A stretch of 64,000 nt of DNA from the human T2T-CHM13v2.0 reference genome, Homo sapiens, in NCBI RefSeq assembly GCF_009914755.1, contig NC_060942.1. One strand, written 5' to 3'. Position numbers and translations under genes: made by a program. Below the pieces are notes generated by a model. The model made no database searches and was not told the DNA's origin. It saw only the letters and a list, made by a program, of their open reading frames with translations. Position 1 is the stretch's first letter; each line of letters opens with the position of its first letter. Of this stretch, positions 27,670 through 42,374 are shown piece after piece.

Positions 27670-30428
27670 GTGCCCTCTTACTAGTGATATTTTACACATT
27701 AAATGTTTTGAATTCAAAATTTCCATGGAAACAAGGTAAATTTCAAATTTACAATCTCTGTGGCGTGATTATAATTTTAGGTTCCTAGTGAAACTGAGAA
27801 TGTTTAAGGTTCAATTCCCACATGTCTGTTAATTTCACCCCACGGATACAGGCTGACTTAACTCTGACCAACCACCCTGAACGTGCACTTCCTTCTCACG
27901 TGGAAATGAGGTGGCATAGCAAAGTCAAGATGTGGAGCCCTGGTGAATCAGCCTAGGACAGGCAGCTATGGAGGACACATTTGGATTCAGATGGAGGAAT
28001 CACCACCGAGGAAAGGATTATGAAGAGCAACCCCCATCTGGAAGATATTCTGTTTACCTCTCAAAATCATGCAGGGATTAAAACCCGACCTACAAGGCAG
28101 AAAAAAATACAAGAGTTCAGAGGAAAGCAACACTTCATTACATTCATGAGATGCATAAATGACTGTAAAAGCAGCAGACTCAGAAATCAAAATAGGAAAA
28201 AATCAGATTCTACCAGCTGAGCCATTCACAGTGCAGGCAGAAGGCCTTTTGAACTTCAGCTCTTACAGCAGAGAATCAGAAAATGTGACCAGGAGCACAC
28301 CAGCTCTGGAAACAAGTGAATAATGGAGATCAGAGATGCAGAAAATACATATATAATTTCATATGATATGAAATTTTTATGGTATAATCACTTCATTGTA
28401 TTTCATGCCCAAAGAAACGAATTTTATTTCCCCGATGGCCAAACAGCTCCTAATTACAGTTGTAAACTGGTTAAACGGGCTTAAAGAAGAAGCGGCTTTG
28501 GGTGAGGACTTAACAACACTGTCCAATCCGCACTTTGCTGAAGGTGTTCCCCACTTCCCCGGTGAATATGGAATTTGGAATTAGTACCAGAATCACCCAC
28601 TAGGGATTCACTCATACATTTTATTTTTAATTTGCAGCATATATTTGTTTACATAAACTCCCAGTACACTGCATGCGGTTTAGAACACACTGTGAGTTCA
28701 TTGCTTATTATTCTTTAAAACAGCCTGTGGTAAGAGAGACCCTTCCATTAAGAAGAGATACTTGTCTTGAGAGGTCCACCACACAACGGGATCCCAGGGA
28801 TGGTCTCAGCTTGATGGATCTAGGAGGCATACCCCTTCTAAATGGTGCCTAGCCAGAGCTCTTCCTGCCTGGGGCAGCCAGGCCTCTCAACCCTACTCTG
28901 GAAAAGCAACTAGAAGCTCAGGTCCTGCTGATGATGGACTAGGAATGCCATTTTTGCATCTTTGTCATGCACCAAGACAGGGCTCATTCATCACCTTCCC
29001 ATTATGCACAGACCTGAAGAGGAACTGAAAAAGAAGGATTCAGTGATTCAGAAAATGTTCGTTCCTAAATGAAGAATACAATGAAGTCTGGACTTCACAG
29101 CCCTCACTACTATGCAATGTTCCTTCCTGCTGGAAAGCAGTTATGTTATTGCAGCAAAGCTGGTCAAGACAGCCAACCACCTGTAAATACAACCTACTGG
29201 TTGCCCTGAAACAATCTGTCACTTTCTACAGTACTTGGGGGAAACAACACCTAATAAACAACACCTAGTAAAGCAAAAGAACATATACTACAGTCAAAGG
29301 AAAAATCTCATGTAGAACTGTGGTAATGACAGTGCTTATAAAATTAGAAGCACTCATTTATTAGGGTATACAGAGCCCCAGATGATGGTGTGATTATATG
29401 TTTACTAAGCTTTATCCAGAGGACTACTGCATAGAAGTCAATCTTCTTGACTTTGAGCCCGTGGAAGATCCATCTGTTTCTACTCCTGCTCACTTCCCAG
29501 ACACGCCGCAACTGGGCACAAATCACGGAAGAGAAATGTTTATCCAAGTGGAGCTGGAAAAGCCAGGACTCCAGGAGGGCCCTGGGGTGCAGGGAGGACC
29601 CCTTCTTTCAAAGGTTTCTGCTGCACAGGCCTAGGGTAGGATGGAAAGGATCACAGAGTAGGGGATAGAAACAATTTTTTTTTAAAGAAAGAGAAGAAAA
29701 TCTTCTGATTATCTAGACAGAACAGGAGAAAGGGGAGCTGCGGCAACAGGGAAATGAAAATAAGCAGTAACAGGCCTTGTGACAGTTGATTGTAGGAATG
29801 TCCCTGCCAGCGGGTAACTTGTGTCCTGACAAGCTGCGAGAGCCTGAGGCAAAGGATCTGTGCTTTGCTCACTGGGACCTAGAGAGGACACAAACTCTTT
29901 CTGTTCCTAATAAAGAACAGGTTCAAGAGAGTGAGGGGAAACAAACTGCGGTATGAAACTAACATCTGCACAGCAGTCATCGGCACAGCAGTAACATTAC
30001 TTGGATATCCAGGGCAGAATCGATCAAGTACGTGAGTTCTGATGCAGGCACTGTGGTGATTCCTGCAAAGGTTTTATATCTGCACACTTGGTCTGCAGAG
30101 TGGAGCTGGACTTCTGCTCTTATTCTTCCCTCAGGTGCCTTTGTGCAGTACCAACACTGTGAACCAGACACTACGACCCCACCCGCCTATCCCACCTCCC
30201 CCCATTCAGGGACACTACGTTTAGACAGTGAAAGCCTTCTTTGGTAAATGCATTCCACAGTTCTCCTCCAGTCTCAATTCCCCTCTCGAAACACAAAATA
30301 GGTAATAGATTGAAAAGACCAAACTGGTTCCATTAATTTTTATTGTATTGTCTCATTTCTATTAAATCAAGCACCAGAGTCCTGAAGTCACTGAGACAAA
30401 GCTGGGAGCAGGCAATCCAAACCCTTGA

Positions 30429-30824
<396 letters not shown>

Positions 30825-33199
30825 TAATATGATTCACACAAAATAGAACATTTAGTAATTCAAGGGTGTACCTAGAACATTCTGCCAAGGGGACATTTAA
30901 CGCTGTGACACAGGAAGTGTCATGATGACTCAGGAAGAGGGGATCCACATGTAGTCCCATATTCCAGCAGAAGAGTGCTTCTGGACAAATGTGTTAAACC
31001 TTCCCCCCATCTTCAAAGGAAACAGAGACTACAGCTCTGTGGCAAAAGGCAATGAATCCCTCTGAGGGATGTGTGTATTCTAGTTAGAGAGTAACACAGA
31101 CTACAGCTGCCTGTGACCAGGACAAAACTCTGATGGTAGCCATGGTGAACTGGAACACAAGCTCATCTGTGATAAGAGCCTCTTAGTTTTCCTCTTATTC
31201 AATTTCCATCTTGATGAAAAATGGGAAATTTGTATGCAATTGAGGAACAAATACACAGATTTCTGTGTCATAATCTTATTGCTGATTTTGTATTTTGTCT
31301 ACTTATCCAATGTAAGCTCATCCTATTTGATCACGTCTCTGACAGTCATACGGTTATCCTTTTTTCCTCCACAGTGACCGCTGGAAAGGGAACACCTTGC
31401 AACTTCTCCCACGAGGCTTTCGATCCTAATGTAAGGAGCAGACCTCTCCCGTCAGAAGTACATGGTGGGGAAAAAGGGCCATGTGGACACATGGAAACGG
31501 ATTCGGGCAGGACCAGAACTATTTCCTTAGCCACACAGATGAAGGGTTTGTACTAATTCCTCAGTGAGGAGGAACTGGAACCCGATATCAAAATCCACTG
31601 TATGTCCTTTATAGTTTATTGTATATAATTATGTACCATAAACTGTGCATGGCTTACATTCCAGGGCATGGGATCAGTCATTCCTAACAAATCTTGTTGT
31701 CAATTTCTGTAAGTCCCAGCTAAGAATCCCCGTAAGGGCTTATCTGAACCGGGTAGAATCAAATATTGTGATAGAACCCCAGGGCCTGGGAGAAGCAGCA
31801 GCCCCCCACCTCCCCCCAAGAATTCTGTCTGGTATGCTTCGTGGTACATCTGCAGGTGAGCATTGACTCACAGATATACTTGGTGCACACCCTGTGTCCA
31901 GTACCGAATGATGCCAATATGAGCCAATGGGACTTGAGGAACATGTAATTCTATTCACTGTACTCTGCTGTGAAGACGCTACAACCTCCCTGTTAAGTCA
32001 TGCTCTTTGCTCATTTCTGAGCTTGGGCCTCCTCTTGCATGCAGGCCCTGTTCCACAAATGACTCCAGGGGATAAGGGGCTTCCAAACACCTAAGTCCTA
32101 GGGTGTTGCTTTAAGCCACTTGGCTCTTGTGCATGTCTGTAAACCATTGCTAGAATTGGAGGTATTTCAAAGGCAGCGAGCGGCATATGAGAATAAATGA
32201 TCTAATACAGAGAGTGAATTCCTGATGATTTAAAGCCATTGAGAAAAGCGGCAAACAGAGCTTGGGAGACAGTACACCTCGATGTCCTCAAAAACACATC
32301 CCTTAATTTCTAAGAGACCATAATTTATCTTTCTATACTGATAACACCATATTTGTCAAATACAGATATTATGGACTTTTAATATTAGGGAATTAAAAGA
32401 TCCTTTTAAACTCTGTTTTGAAATACATACATTTTTTCACGTTTGCACATACAGTAACACACCAGCCAGTGTTGAAAGTATGACCTGCAATTGCAATCAA
32501 GCCATTCAAGCCATTCAAAGAACAAGCCACATGGAAACTATGACCTCGCCCCTGAAAATCACCCACAGGCATATGTTTGGGCATGATTTCAGGAGATCCA
32601 TGGGCTCTAGAAACCACCTGTAGGCCTGAGGCTCGGAACTTGTGATACCTGGCCTCCCATAGGAAGTATGAGGATATCCTAATTTTTCCCACCAGAATTT
32701 GTATAGACTAGCAAGTTTTGGGGCGGCTTGTTATACTAATAGGCTTCATAGTCTCCACTGAGGGGGCAATTCTGTTTATAAACATTTCCCTCACCCTTCT
32801 TCCCCATTCATTCTTGTGGTTTCCTGGCCCAAGCAATACTTATCTGTGAGCCACTGGCCCCAATAACTAACTCAAGACAGCAACACGTTATGCATGGTGA
32901 GTTCAGACCGCAGCTGTCTATGTAGCCAGTTAAGTAGCATCATCAAGACGATCCAGTGCAGAGCAGTGGCAAAGGACAGAACCACCCAAAAGGAGGGAGG
33001 AGGCTGGACACAGATACATGGGAAGTTGGGGAAAGTTCATCTGTTGTTAAAATCAACAAGTACAATGTCGACAGTGGAGGCCCAGATGTCCCATTAAGAA
33101 ATGTCCTACTTAGTCTGGAAAAGTTGGCAACTGTTCTCATGGGAACCAGCAGCAGGAGCAGCAGCTGCAGTGCACAAATAGAAGTGTCCTTCCTCACAC

Positions 33200-33890
33200 C
33201 TAGTTTCATCTGGGTCAAGTCCCTCCTCTGCTCAAGCTCTTCTGGGAGCTTCTCCTCTCCTGAGAGAAAGAGCTGAGGTTCATGAGGCCCTACACTGTCT
33301 GCCTCCAAAGCTGCCTGCCTTGCTGTTTCGACTCCAGCCATGCTGGCCTCCTCACCAGGCCTCGAACACACCAGGCCTGCCACCACAAGGCCTTTGCATG
33401 GGCCGTTTCCTCTGCCTAGGACACTCTCCTGTGGGTACCCTCATGGCTTTCTCCCTTTTTTCGGGTTTTTACTTAAAAACATCATCTTCTCAGAGAGGCC
33501 TTCCCTGACCATTCTTTTGAAAAATGCAATCCTCCTCCCCCACGCCTCCATCTCCCTTTCTTGTTTATTTTATGTATTTATTTAGCTATGGAGTCTCATT
33601 ATGTTGCCCAGGCTGGAGTGCAGTGGCTATTCCTAGGTGCACTCATAGCTCACTGCAGCCTCAAACTCCTGGGCTCAAGCGAGCCTCCCACCTCAGCCTC
33701 CTGAGTAGGTAGGACCACAGGCGTGCACGACCACACTTAGCTCTGTTTATTTTTCTTCATAGCACTTATCACCATTTCATTTACTTATGTATTTTACTTA
33801 TCTGTTGGCCTCCCTAACAAGAATGTGAGTTCCATGCAGGCAGAGATCTTTGTTGGTTGAACTGCCCATTGTCTCCCCAGAGGCTAGAAG
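33200..33890 (+). mobile_element. L2 3' region interrupted by a FAM monomer
   Basis: ggcctttgcatgggccgtttcctctgcctagg...ctcagagaggccttccctgacc...gaatgtgagttccatgcaggcagag. Confidence 0.75.
33571..33741 (-). mobile_element. FAM (fossil Alu monomer)
   Basis: Retains the 7SL-like gcagtggctattcctaggtgc segment that dimeric Alus lack. TSD tgtttattt. Confidence 0.75.
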
Positions 33891-36800
33891 ATGGTTAGAA
33901 CAGTATCTGCCTCATAAAGTTGTTGAGGAGATTAAATGAATTAATGCCTGTAAAACACCTGAACGGCACAGGGTCTATACTAAGAACTACAGCAATATAT
34001 GTTATAATTTTGATTTTGTTTTAAATTTTATGATGAAGGCAATTGGGTAGTTATTACCATATCCATCTTACAGATTCCAAGATGGAGGCTCAGAGTAATT
34101 TACCTGAAGTTCCACATTAGTGACTGGCAGAGAGAGGATTCAAACCCAGATCGACTCCATTCCGTGCACTAATTTCCCCTTGCTCTGCTTTGGAAGTCCT
34201 GGGATAGAAGAGAGGCAGAAATCCATTCTTTCTGGAACAACCTCAAAACCTGAGAAGGCTGGTCCACCCCGGGGGGTGGGAAGTGGGGAATAATGGCTCC
34301 AGAATCCAGGGACCGTTTCCTTACAGACCTTTACACTGCATGGATCTAACATGGCGTGTGGCATTCTGTTTACTTCCTAACTTCACCAAAAAATGTAATA
34401 CAGTCTGCCAATTAAACAATGTTTTCATGACCCCAGAAAATCCATGGATTGGAGACATTTACTTTAAACAGCCATTCCACCATAACAGGAAAAGAGGTAG
34501 AGCAGAGGAGTTTATTATAACAGCTGCTTTCATACCTCAAACAAGGTTTGGCTGTTTTTGGCACGTTGCACTGTAGTAGAGTTGGCAAGAAGCGGACAGA
34601 CTGCATGAGTTTCCTTTCAAAAGATCATTTTGCTTCCTTAAAAAACCCATGACTGGACTATCTAGTGTGAACTGCAGATGTTTGTTCTTCCTTTGCTTCT
34701 CTGTCCTTGGGGAGCTCCCACCCTGCTTAGGCCTAAATGGGGACACGAGTTTCTAGAGCAGAAAGAGCTTTGGAATGGCAAAGACCTTGATGAGAATCCT
34801 ACATTTCTTTTATTAGCTGCTTAACCCAAGACTCTCGTCTTTCTCTGCAGGGTTATTCTAAGGATTAGAGTAAGGCAAATAGAGACCCTAGCACAGTGTC
34901 AGGCACGGTAACAGGCACCTATGATTATCATGAAATTAGATGGCTAGAGGCTTGAGTGTGAGTCCTCAGAGCTCTCCTGAGATACTGCATTTTACAAAAT
35001 GCATGCAGCAGAGAATGTAAAGTACGAGCTCTTGCCTGAAGCGTTTTTTATAAAGGGACTTTTCTGCACCCCTTCCCTTCCAACCTACAAAGTTGGTAAG
35101 AAATAGAAGAAGGATAGATGTCAGGGTTCCCCTGCACGTGTCATTGCTCTTGGGGTCCAAAAGGGGAGGAAAGGGAAGAGGGGACGGAGGACCTGGTGGT
35201 GCCCTGGAGGGCAGAGCTTCAGTGGGTTTTAAACTGGAAATCCTACAGGAAGTGAAGGCTCTTGGCTCCTGGGACCTGGGCTGCCCTGTGCTGTGACTCC
35301 TGTAAAACCCAGTGCTCAGCAAGCGGCTGAAACCATTTCAATGCAAATGGCTTCCAGATGGCAGAAGAGAAACCAGCAGCATGATGCTCCCGGCACGTGT
35401 GAGCCCGAGGGGTCTGATGCCCATTGGTCAGGCTGCCGCCTGAAACTCATAAAGAACCCGTAGGAATTAGGACTGGAACCCCCAGCAAGCTTGCATTCCC
35501 TGGCTAGATCTAACAGTGTGCGCTGGGATATGCCAGTTACAGGCGTATCCCCTGCAATCTGCGGTGTCTTGGGCAGCACAGAAGCCACCTTTCTCGCCCC
35601 TTCCAGCAATGCTTATTCTTCGGCCTCCAAGTATGAGACCCACAGACAACACAGGCCTTGTTGCTCAAAGGAAAGGAGCCTCCCAAAACATTTGGGAGAA
35701 GTGCGCTGGGCTGGGTTGTTGGACCCTGCTGCACTGGAGGGAATCCTTGGCCATTGCTGGCAGCTTTGAAGACCTATTTTTTATTTCCAAAGCTTTTAAT
35801 CCTTTGTCTATTCAGAGCCTGAGCTGGGAGCACTTGCCATCCAAAGAGACAAAAGCTGATGAGCGGCCCAAGAAAGACAGGGCCTGGATCAGAAGGACAC
35901 CACCAGCTGGGTGCTTAGGAAGCACTCACTCCTGGGCTGGAACCTGGTGAGGAGTGGGGCTGGGGGAAATAGGGTGGCGGGGCGGGTTGGGGCTTTAACT
36001 CCTTCCCCACTGAGAAAGCTGTGGTTTCATCTGGACATTGAAACAACCCACATCCCAAATACCAACTCAACCAAAAAGAGAATATAGAATTGTGCACATC
36101 TTCAGCCCTAACCCACTATCCACGGGTGATAATCCAAAAATTTAACAAACGCTCTGGCACTGATCAATGAGAAAGGATACCCCCTGCTGCTGCCCAGTTG
36201 AGACTCAGTCCTGCCTGTGCCCCAACAGAGACATTTAAAAAAATACCACTGCAGTTACTTGTGGGTGGAATCTCCCGGGCAGCCAACACATTTCCCAGTG
36301 TTGGCAGAAGTTTTCAACTGCCTGGCGCTCTTCCTGGAGGGCACCCTGCACAGCGCTGGCCAGGCTGCACAGAGCTGAGGGCACATCAGAAGAAGTTGTG
36401 AATTAAACACAAAAACCGTCATAAATAAAAGTAGACAGAAGGATGGCTATTTTAAGTTGCTCCACTGTTTAGGGAAAATAGCTGCAAGGAACAGCGGCCA
36501 GGACATGGAGACTATTCTTCCATTCTTTTGTGTTTCGGTGAACTGAAACGTCCGATGCAATTGGCACGGGTTTTTCAGCCAACACAGAGGCCCACAGGGT
36601 GTGGCCACTGAGGGAGAAAGAATGAAGCAAACAGCACCCAATTCTCGACCTCCAGGGCCTTATCAGGAGGACTTTGCAATCCATTTCTTGGCAATTGCTA
36701 GTAAAAGTTGTAGGTAGATATCTAGCTCCTTACCCATAGCCTATTGTGCTCTCCGTGAGGTCTCCATCAGTGCCAAAGGGTCTACTAGGAGAACCATGTT

Positions 36801-37194
36801 TTATCTTGTCCTTTCAAGACCCTTCTTCTCTACATGGTGTACTTCTTCCCAATTTATTTCCCCTTTTCCTTTCTATTCCTAGATTGTTCTCCCCTCCATT
36901 CTTACATCTCCTTCCTTCTTTTCCCCAAGTACCTGCTTTGCTCTGCCATCCCCCTCATTCTCAGCAGTTCTTTTTCTTCCCAGTTCTTTCTTTCCACCAG
37001 TGCCCTCAAGAACTTCACACCCAAACTGCCAGCCATAATCCTGAATGGCCTTGGGTGAGGATTGAGCCACGCCGGTGGAAATGCACAGGGTGGTTTCTGG
37101 CAACCATGCCCTCCCCAACGCAGGGTGCACTCTGGTCGACTAAGGCTGGAGGGATGGTGCAATCTTTTTATCTCCTTTTATTAGGAAAAGAAGG

Positions 37195-37506
37195 TTTTGT
37201 TTTTGTTTTTTTTTTTCTTTGAGACAGGGTCTTGCTCTGTCACCTAGGCTGGAGTACGGAGGAGTGATCACAGCTCACTGAAGCCTTGACCTCCTAGGCT
37301 CAAGTGGTCCTCCCACCTCAGCCTCCCAAGTAGCTGGGACCACAGGCACATGCCACCATATCCAGCTAATTTATTTTTTTATTTTTTGTACAGATGGGGT
37401 CTCACTATATTACCCAGGCTGGTCTCAAACTCCTAGACTCAAGCAATCCTCCCATCTCGGTCTCCCAAAATGCCGGGATTACAAATGTGACCCACTGCAC
37501 CCAGCC
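37195..37506 (-). mobile_element. AluJ
   Basis: Diverged antisense dimer with J-type diagnostics. Confidence 0.88.
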
Positions 37507-38654
37507 GGGAGAAAAAGTTCTAACAAGCAGAAAGGTCTGTTTACTCCAAAGCAGGTCCATGCAACTAAAAGTTTTGGAAAAGTGAAGAAAATAGAGGAGA
37601 ATGACAAAGGGAAAAAGGAAGAAGTAAAAGGAACAAAGAGTAGAGAGAAAGACCTAACTTCAGTGTGATCACAATTTATTCCAGTCAAAGCCCAAAATAT
37701 AAAAACTGTTTCTATTGTTCCACTAAGTAGTGGCCTCTCGGTGCTTCTGACAAGTGATTTAGAGTAAAGTGGTCTGCTCCCACAGGGGCTTGCAAATCTT
37801 CATGCATGATGGTTCGGTCGAGAAAGCCGAAGTTGCCCAGTCAGGAAGGTGGTGATGCAAAGGTCAGATGAATAAGGGAGGAGTTCATTCATCAACCCGA
37901 CATGTGAGCATGGCTGGGACAGTGCGCAGGACGAAAGCCATCTGGTAGCTTTGCTTGCAAGACCAGATTAAGAAAGCACCAGCACAAAAACCACAAAGGA
38001 GAAGATGAAGCTGTATTTCCGGAGGAAAGCAAAGATTTCTACCCAAAGCTGAGGTAAGAGCTTTATTTTTTTTTTCCAATGATGAAGAAAGAATCCTACT
38101 TCCCTCTGATTTGCATTATTTTTAGCACATATGCCTCAGCATTGGTGCCCAATAGGTCCGGCAGTGTCTTTTCAACAGCCTGAAATTTTTCAGTAGTTTC
38201 CCTTTGCCTAGAGTATAAAACAAAATTCATAGCATGGCATATGAGGCCTTCATGATGGAACCACCAGCTTACTCTTTACCGTCATCTTTCCGCATTCCTC
38301 AGTGCAGCTTCAGAGTACTGGCAGCTTGCAGAGCACATTATGCTGGCTCTTCCCTCCCTTGTGTAATATGCTTTTCCCTCTGACTGGTACACTTTCCCCT
38401 ACCTCCTTGCCTGGCTAAATTGTACTCTTCCTCTATAACCCATCTCAAAACTCACACTCCTCTGTGAAGTGTGAGTTCTCAGGGGTTCCCTCTTCTAAAC
38501 ACCTACTGCACTTGAATGCCATCCCATCATGCTAATCATCAGTCATTGTAATAGGGACAAGAATGGTATCTTTTCTTTTTATCAACGGTGCCTAACACAG
38601 GAAGTACCCCAAATTTGTGTCGATGATTAATGCAGCATTCATTTGAATTCCACA

Positions 38655-38706
38655 TGTACACACATTTAATTACACACACTCACATACACACACTCACACA
38701 CACACG
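38655..38706. repeat. Imperfect (CA)n
   Basis: Read directly. Confidence 0.75.
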
Positions 38707-39419
38707 CTTGCAGGATGTCTTCTCCTGCATCTCTAGGGGTGTGGGTTCCAGGTGGGCCCCTGCCATGAAGTTTCTGATCATGCCCCAGTGATAATATGGA
38801 TGTGACGGAAAGAAGTGAGCTGTACATCAGAAATCAAGTTTGAAATTTGGGAATGTCTTTACGTTCTTAGAGACCTCATCTGCACAGGCCTCAGCTTTCA
38901 ACTCAGGCAGAGTACGTAAGTTTGCATGAGAACGTAGAGTAGACAAAAGTGAGAGACGGCAGAAAGAAAGAGGTACAGGGTCTTGTGTGGAGCCTCCCAC
39001 ATGGTTCTCTTCCAGTTCCCTAGGCAACCGGCCCCTGATGAGTGGTTCTATCTGGAGAGCCATATATTATTTCCATAGATGTTAATTCCATTTTTTATGA
39101 ACCCTTTCCCAAAGAGCCACAGAATGTCAAAAGTGCTGAGAGAAGAAGTTGAGCCTTCTATAAATGTCAAAGCAAACAGAACCAGGCTCAGAGAAAGCAA
39201 GGTAAGTACTGGAAGGAACTCCTTGCATTGCAAGGCAGGTGAAGAAAAGTGCAGAAATGGCTATTTACATAGGAAGGAGTTTCTGCAAGAGTCAATTGTA
39301 TTGAGACATACTTCTGCTCTAAAACCCAAGTTTTCAATGTCTGGCATGAAACTGGCAGGAGAGAAGAGGGATATTGAAATCTCAAGGGTTCTGCAGTTCT
39401 AAAATTTGATGTGGTTTCT

Positions 39420-39970
39420 GTTCACGTCAACATAAAGAAATGATAAATACTTGAGGTGATGAATATGCTAATTACCATGATTTGATCATTATACACTGCA
39501 TACATGTATCAAAATATCACACTGTACCCCATCAATAAGTAAAAGTATTATGTGTCAATTAAAATAATAATAATAAAGGAAATGCCAATGAAAACAAAAT
39601 GATAATCCCTATTTACCACACATTTTGGTGGGAATATAAGTTGTTATAACCTTTTTGGAGGGCAACCAAAATTTTAAGTGTATATATTCTTTGATATGTC
39701 AATTTCAGTTATAGAAATAAATTCTTCTGAAATATTCCAACAGTACAAAGGTATATGAATGAGAATATTCACTAAAACATTACTTGTCATGAAGGAAAAA
39801 ATGGAAACTTTTAATGTCCATCCAAAGGGAAATTATTGTATAAATCACGGGGCATCATGGTCTGAAATTCTGTGCAGTAGATAAAACAATAAATTCATAT
39901 GCAGTAGCATGGAGATCTATCCCTATGATATACATAGTTTCAAGTAAAATAAAGCAAGTTGCTGAAGGAT
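39420..39970 (+). mobile_element. Old L1M 3'-UTR fragments (L1MA 3' end, then L1ME/MC-like)
   Basis: gaggtgatgaatatgctaattaccatgatttgatcattatacac...tgtcaattaaaataa, followed by ggtgggaatataagttgttataacctttttggagggcaa. Confidence 0.7.
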
Positions 39971-40879
39971 TTTTTTTTTAAAAAGCTCACCTCTCATCAG
40001 GAAAATAATGACTGGATTTACAAATGCCAAGAACTCATTATTGGGGCATGTTAAACAAGTAAGCAGATCTGTGATCTCTTAGAGACTTAAAAAAAAAGAC
40101 TTACTGCAACCATGGGGGAGACAGAAGCATTACTAGGACCTGCCCTGCTATAGTCATCTGCAACACACCCATGGCGGAGTTGGAACAGTATTTTTACTAG
40201 CACATACCAGGTATACTGTGGGTCAAACAGGCATTGCAGATGGCCAGATGATCTGATTACCAGTGAAAAACATTATTTCTAGGGCAAACTGTGTCTTTAA
40301 ATTATCAAAATCTGCCTAATAATTCACCCTTCCTGTGTTAAGTTAGGGAGTCCCTGTATAAATCAGATACAGATGGAAAAAAAATCCCTTTTTCTTTCTG
40401 CTTTTCATGCCCAGAATCAAGAATATAATTAGCTTCACAGATATGTGGTCTTACTACTTTATATAGTAAATTTACTTGTAGGCAAGAAGAGTGTCTTCTA
40501 AGTGTTCTGCATCTCATCACAACAGAGTAGGTTTTCCTAACCTCGCAAATACATGACCTGAAAAAACAGGATTGAAAACGACTTTGAAAGGCTGGAACTC
40601 TGGAGCAAACCCAATATAATGAAATTCAACAGGAATGAAGTCCCTGCTTACCTTAGGCTCAAGTTTCTATCTGGACACTCCACTTATTAGCACTAATCCC
40701 CCCGAGCCCTGGTTTCTTAATGTGTAGTATGGGCATCATTACAGCCACATTATAGGATTATTGTATAGATTAAATGAAATTATGCATTTACAGTGAATAC
40801 AGTATAGGTGGCACAAAGTGGGCCAGTGTATAGTAAGTGCCTGCTTCTTTTCTCCTTTTTGCTGATTCAAGCAAATGTT

Positions 40880-41030
40880 ATTTTTAAATTTTGTTTTAAG
40901 TGACACATAATAATTGTACATATTCATGAGCACAATGTGATGTTTCTATCCATGTATACATTGTGTAATGATCAAATTATAGTATTGAGCATCACCTCAG
41001 ACATTTATCATTTCTTTTTTTGTGTGTTGT
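40880..41030 (-). mobile_element. L1MA 3'-end fragment
   Basis: gacacataataattgtacatattcatg...tatacattgtgtaatgatcaaat. Confidence 0.75.
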
Positions 41031-41818
41031 GATCATTCAGAATCCTTTAAAAATGCAATGATTTTTTGGGGTGTCATCTACAGGCAAAGAGCATGCATTC
41101 TGGCCTGCACCTCCATGCTGTCCATTTTACAACGCAATTCCCCCAACGGGACTCTGTCATTTTCCAGGACTGCCTGTACTGTGTGGGCAAGTCTGTCTAA
41201 TCTGGAGTCCAGGACTGGGAAGTTCATTCTTGTGGCATACCCAACCCATATCCTCTCATTTGGGCCTTTATCAGAATTAAAGGTGAATTTTTTAAATTAA
41301 AAAAGCCAGAACATAATTTAATTTAATTTTTTAAATTAAAATTGCCAGAACATAAGACGAGAGTAATGGCTTAGTAGTAGCATGAGTAAGAGTTTGAGTG
41401 AGTAGCCTATTCAGTATGAGTTAGTGATTTGGTGCTGTTAATATGCAATGAGATGGAGGTGAGGAGGGAGTGAGGTCTCAGGAGGGAGATGTATGTGCCC
41501 AACTCCCCGTATGTCTCATCATAAAGTCCCAGAGGACAAAATACAATAATACCTGCCAGAAACATGATAAAAGATGAGTTTAGCTACCCTAGCTGTGGAA
41601 CTTAAGTTACGATTATATTGGTTTTGTATAAACGTAAAACAAAAATCAAGATAAAAACTAAAAACCAAGAAACAACCATGAGTTTTAGCTTACGGAGAGA
41701 TCTATCCATTCAACAATAGGTTGTAACCTCCCATCTCCCCTAACTGCCCCCTACCCACTCCTTCTCCACACTCTACCTGGGTATCCATCAACGCCTCTGA
41801 TTAGTAAAGAATCCAGAA

Positions 41819-42366
41819 CAGTGGTTGTATTAGTCCATTCTCAGGCTGCTAATACAGACATACCCGAGACTGGATAATTTATAAAGGAAAGAAAGGAAAG
41901 AGGTATAATTGACTCACAGTTCCACATGGCTGGGGAGACCTCACAATCATGGCAGAAAGTGAAGGAGGAGCAAAGTCACATCTTACATGGTGGCAGGCAA
42001 AGAGAGAATGAGAACCAAGCAAAAAGGGGTTTCCCCTTATAAAACCATCAGATTTCATGAGACTTATTCATTTCCATGAGAACAGTATCGGGGAAACCGC
42101 CCCCATGATCCAATTATCTCCCACTGGGTCCCTCCTACAACATGTGGGAATTATGGGAGCTACAATTCAAGATGAGATTTGGGTGGGGACACAGACAAAC
42201 CACATCAGTGGTTCTGAATCTTGGCTACAATCGACATACCCAAGAAGCTTTTATAAATCTTGATGCTTAGACCACATTCCAGGTCTGTTATATCAGGGTC
42301 TCTGCTTGTGGGTCCCAGGCATGCATCCAGCGGATCGCAGTGTGCAGCCAAGGTTGAGAACAACTG
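41819..42366. mobile_element. MER5A1-like hAT MITE split by the THE1 LTR
   Basis: cagtggt|tctgaatcttggct...ggttgagaacaactg. TSD atccagaa / ctccagaa. Confidence 0.75.
41826..42207 (-). mobile_element. THE1 (MaLR) solo LTR
   Basis: tgtattagtcc...caaaccacatca. 5-bp TSD GTGGT at 41821-41825 and 42208-42212. Confidence 0.92.
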
Positions 42367-42374
42367 CTCCAGAA

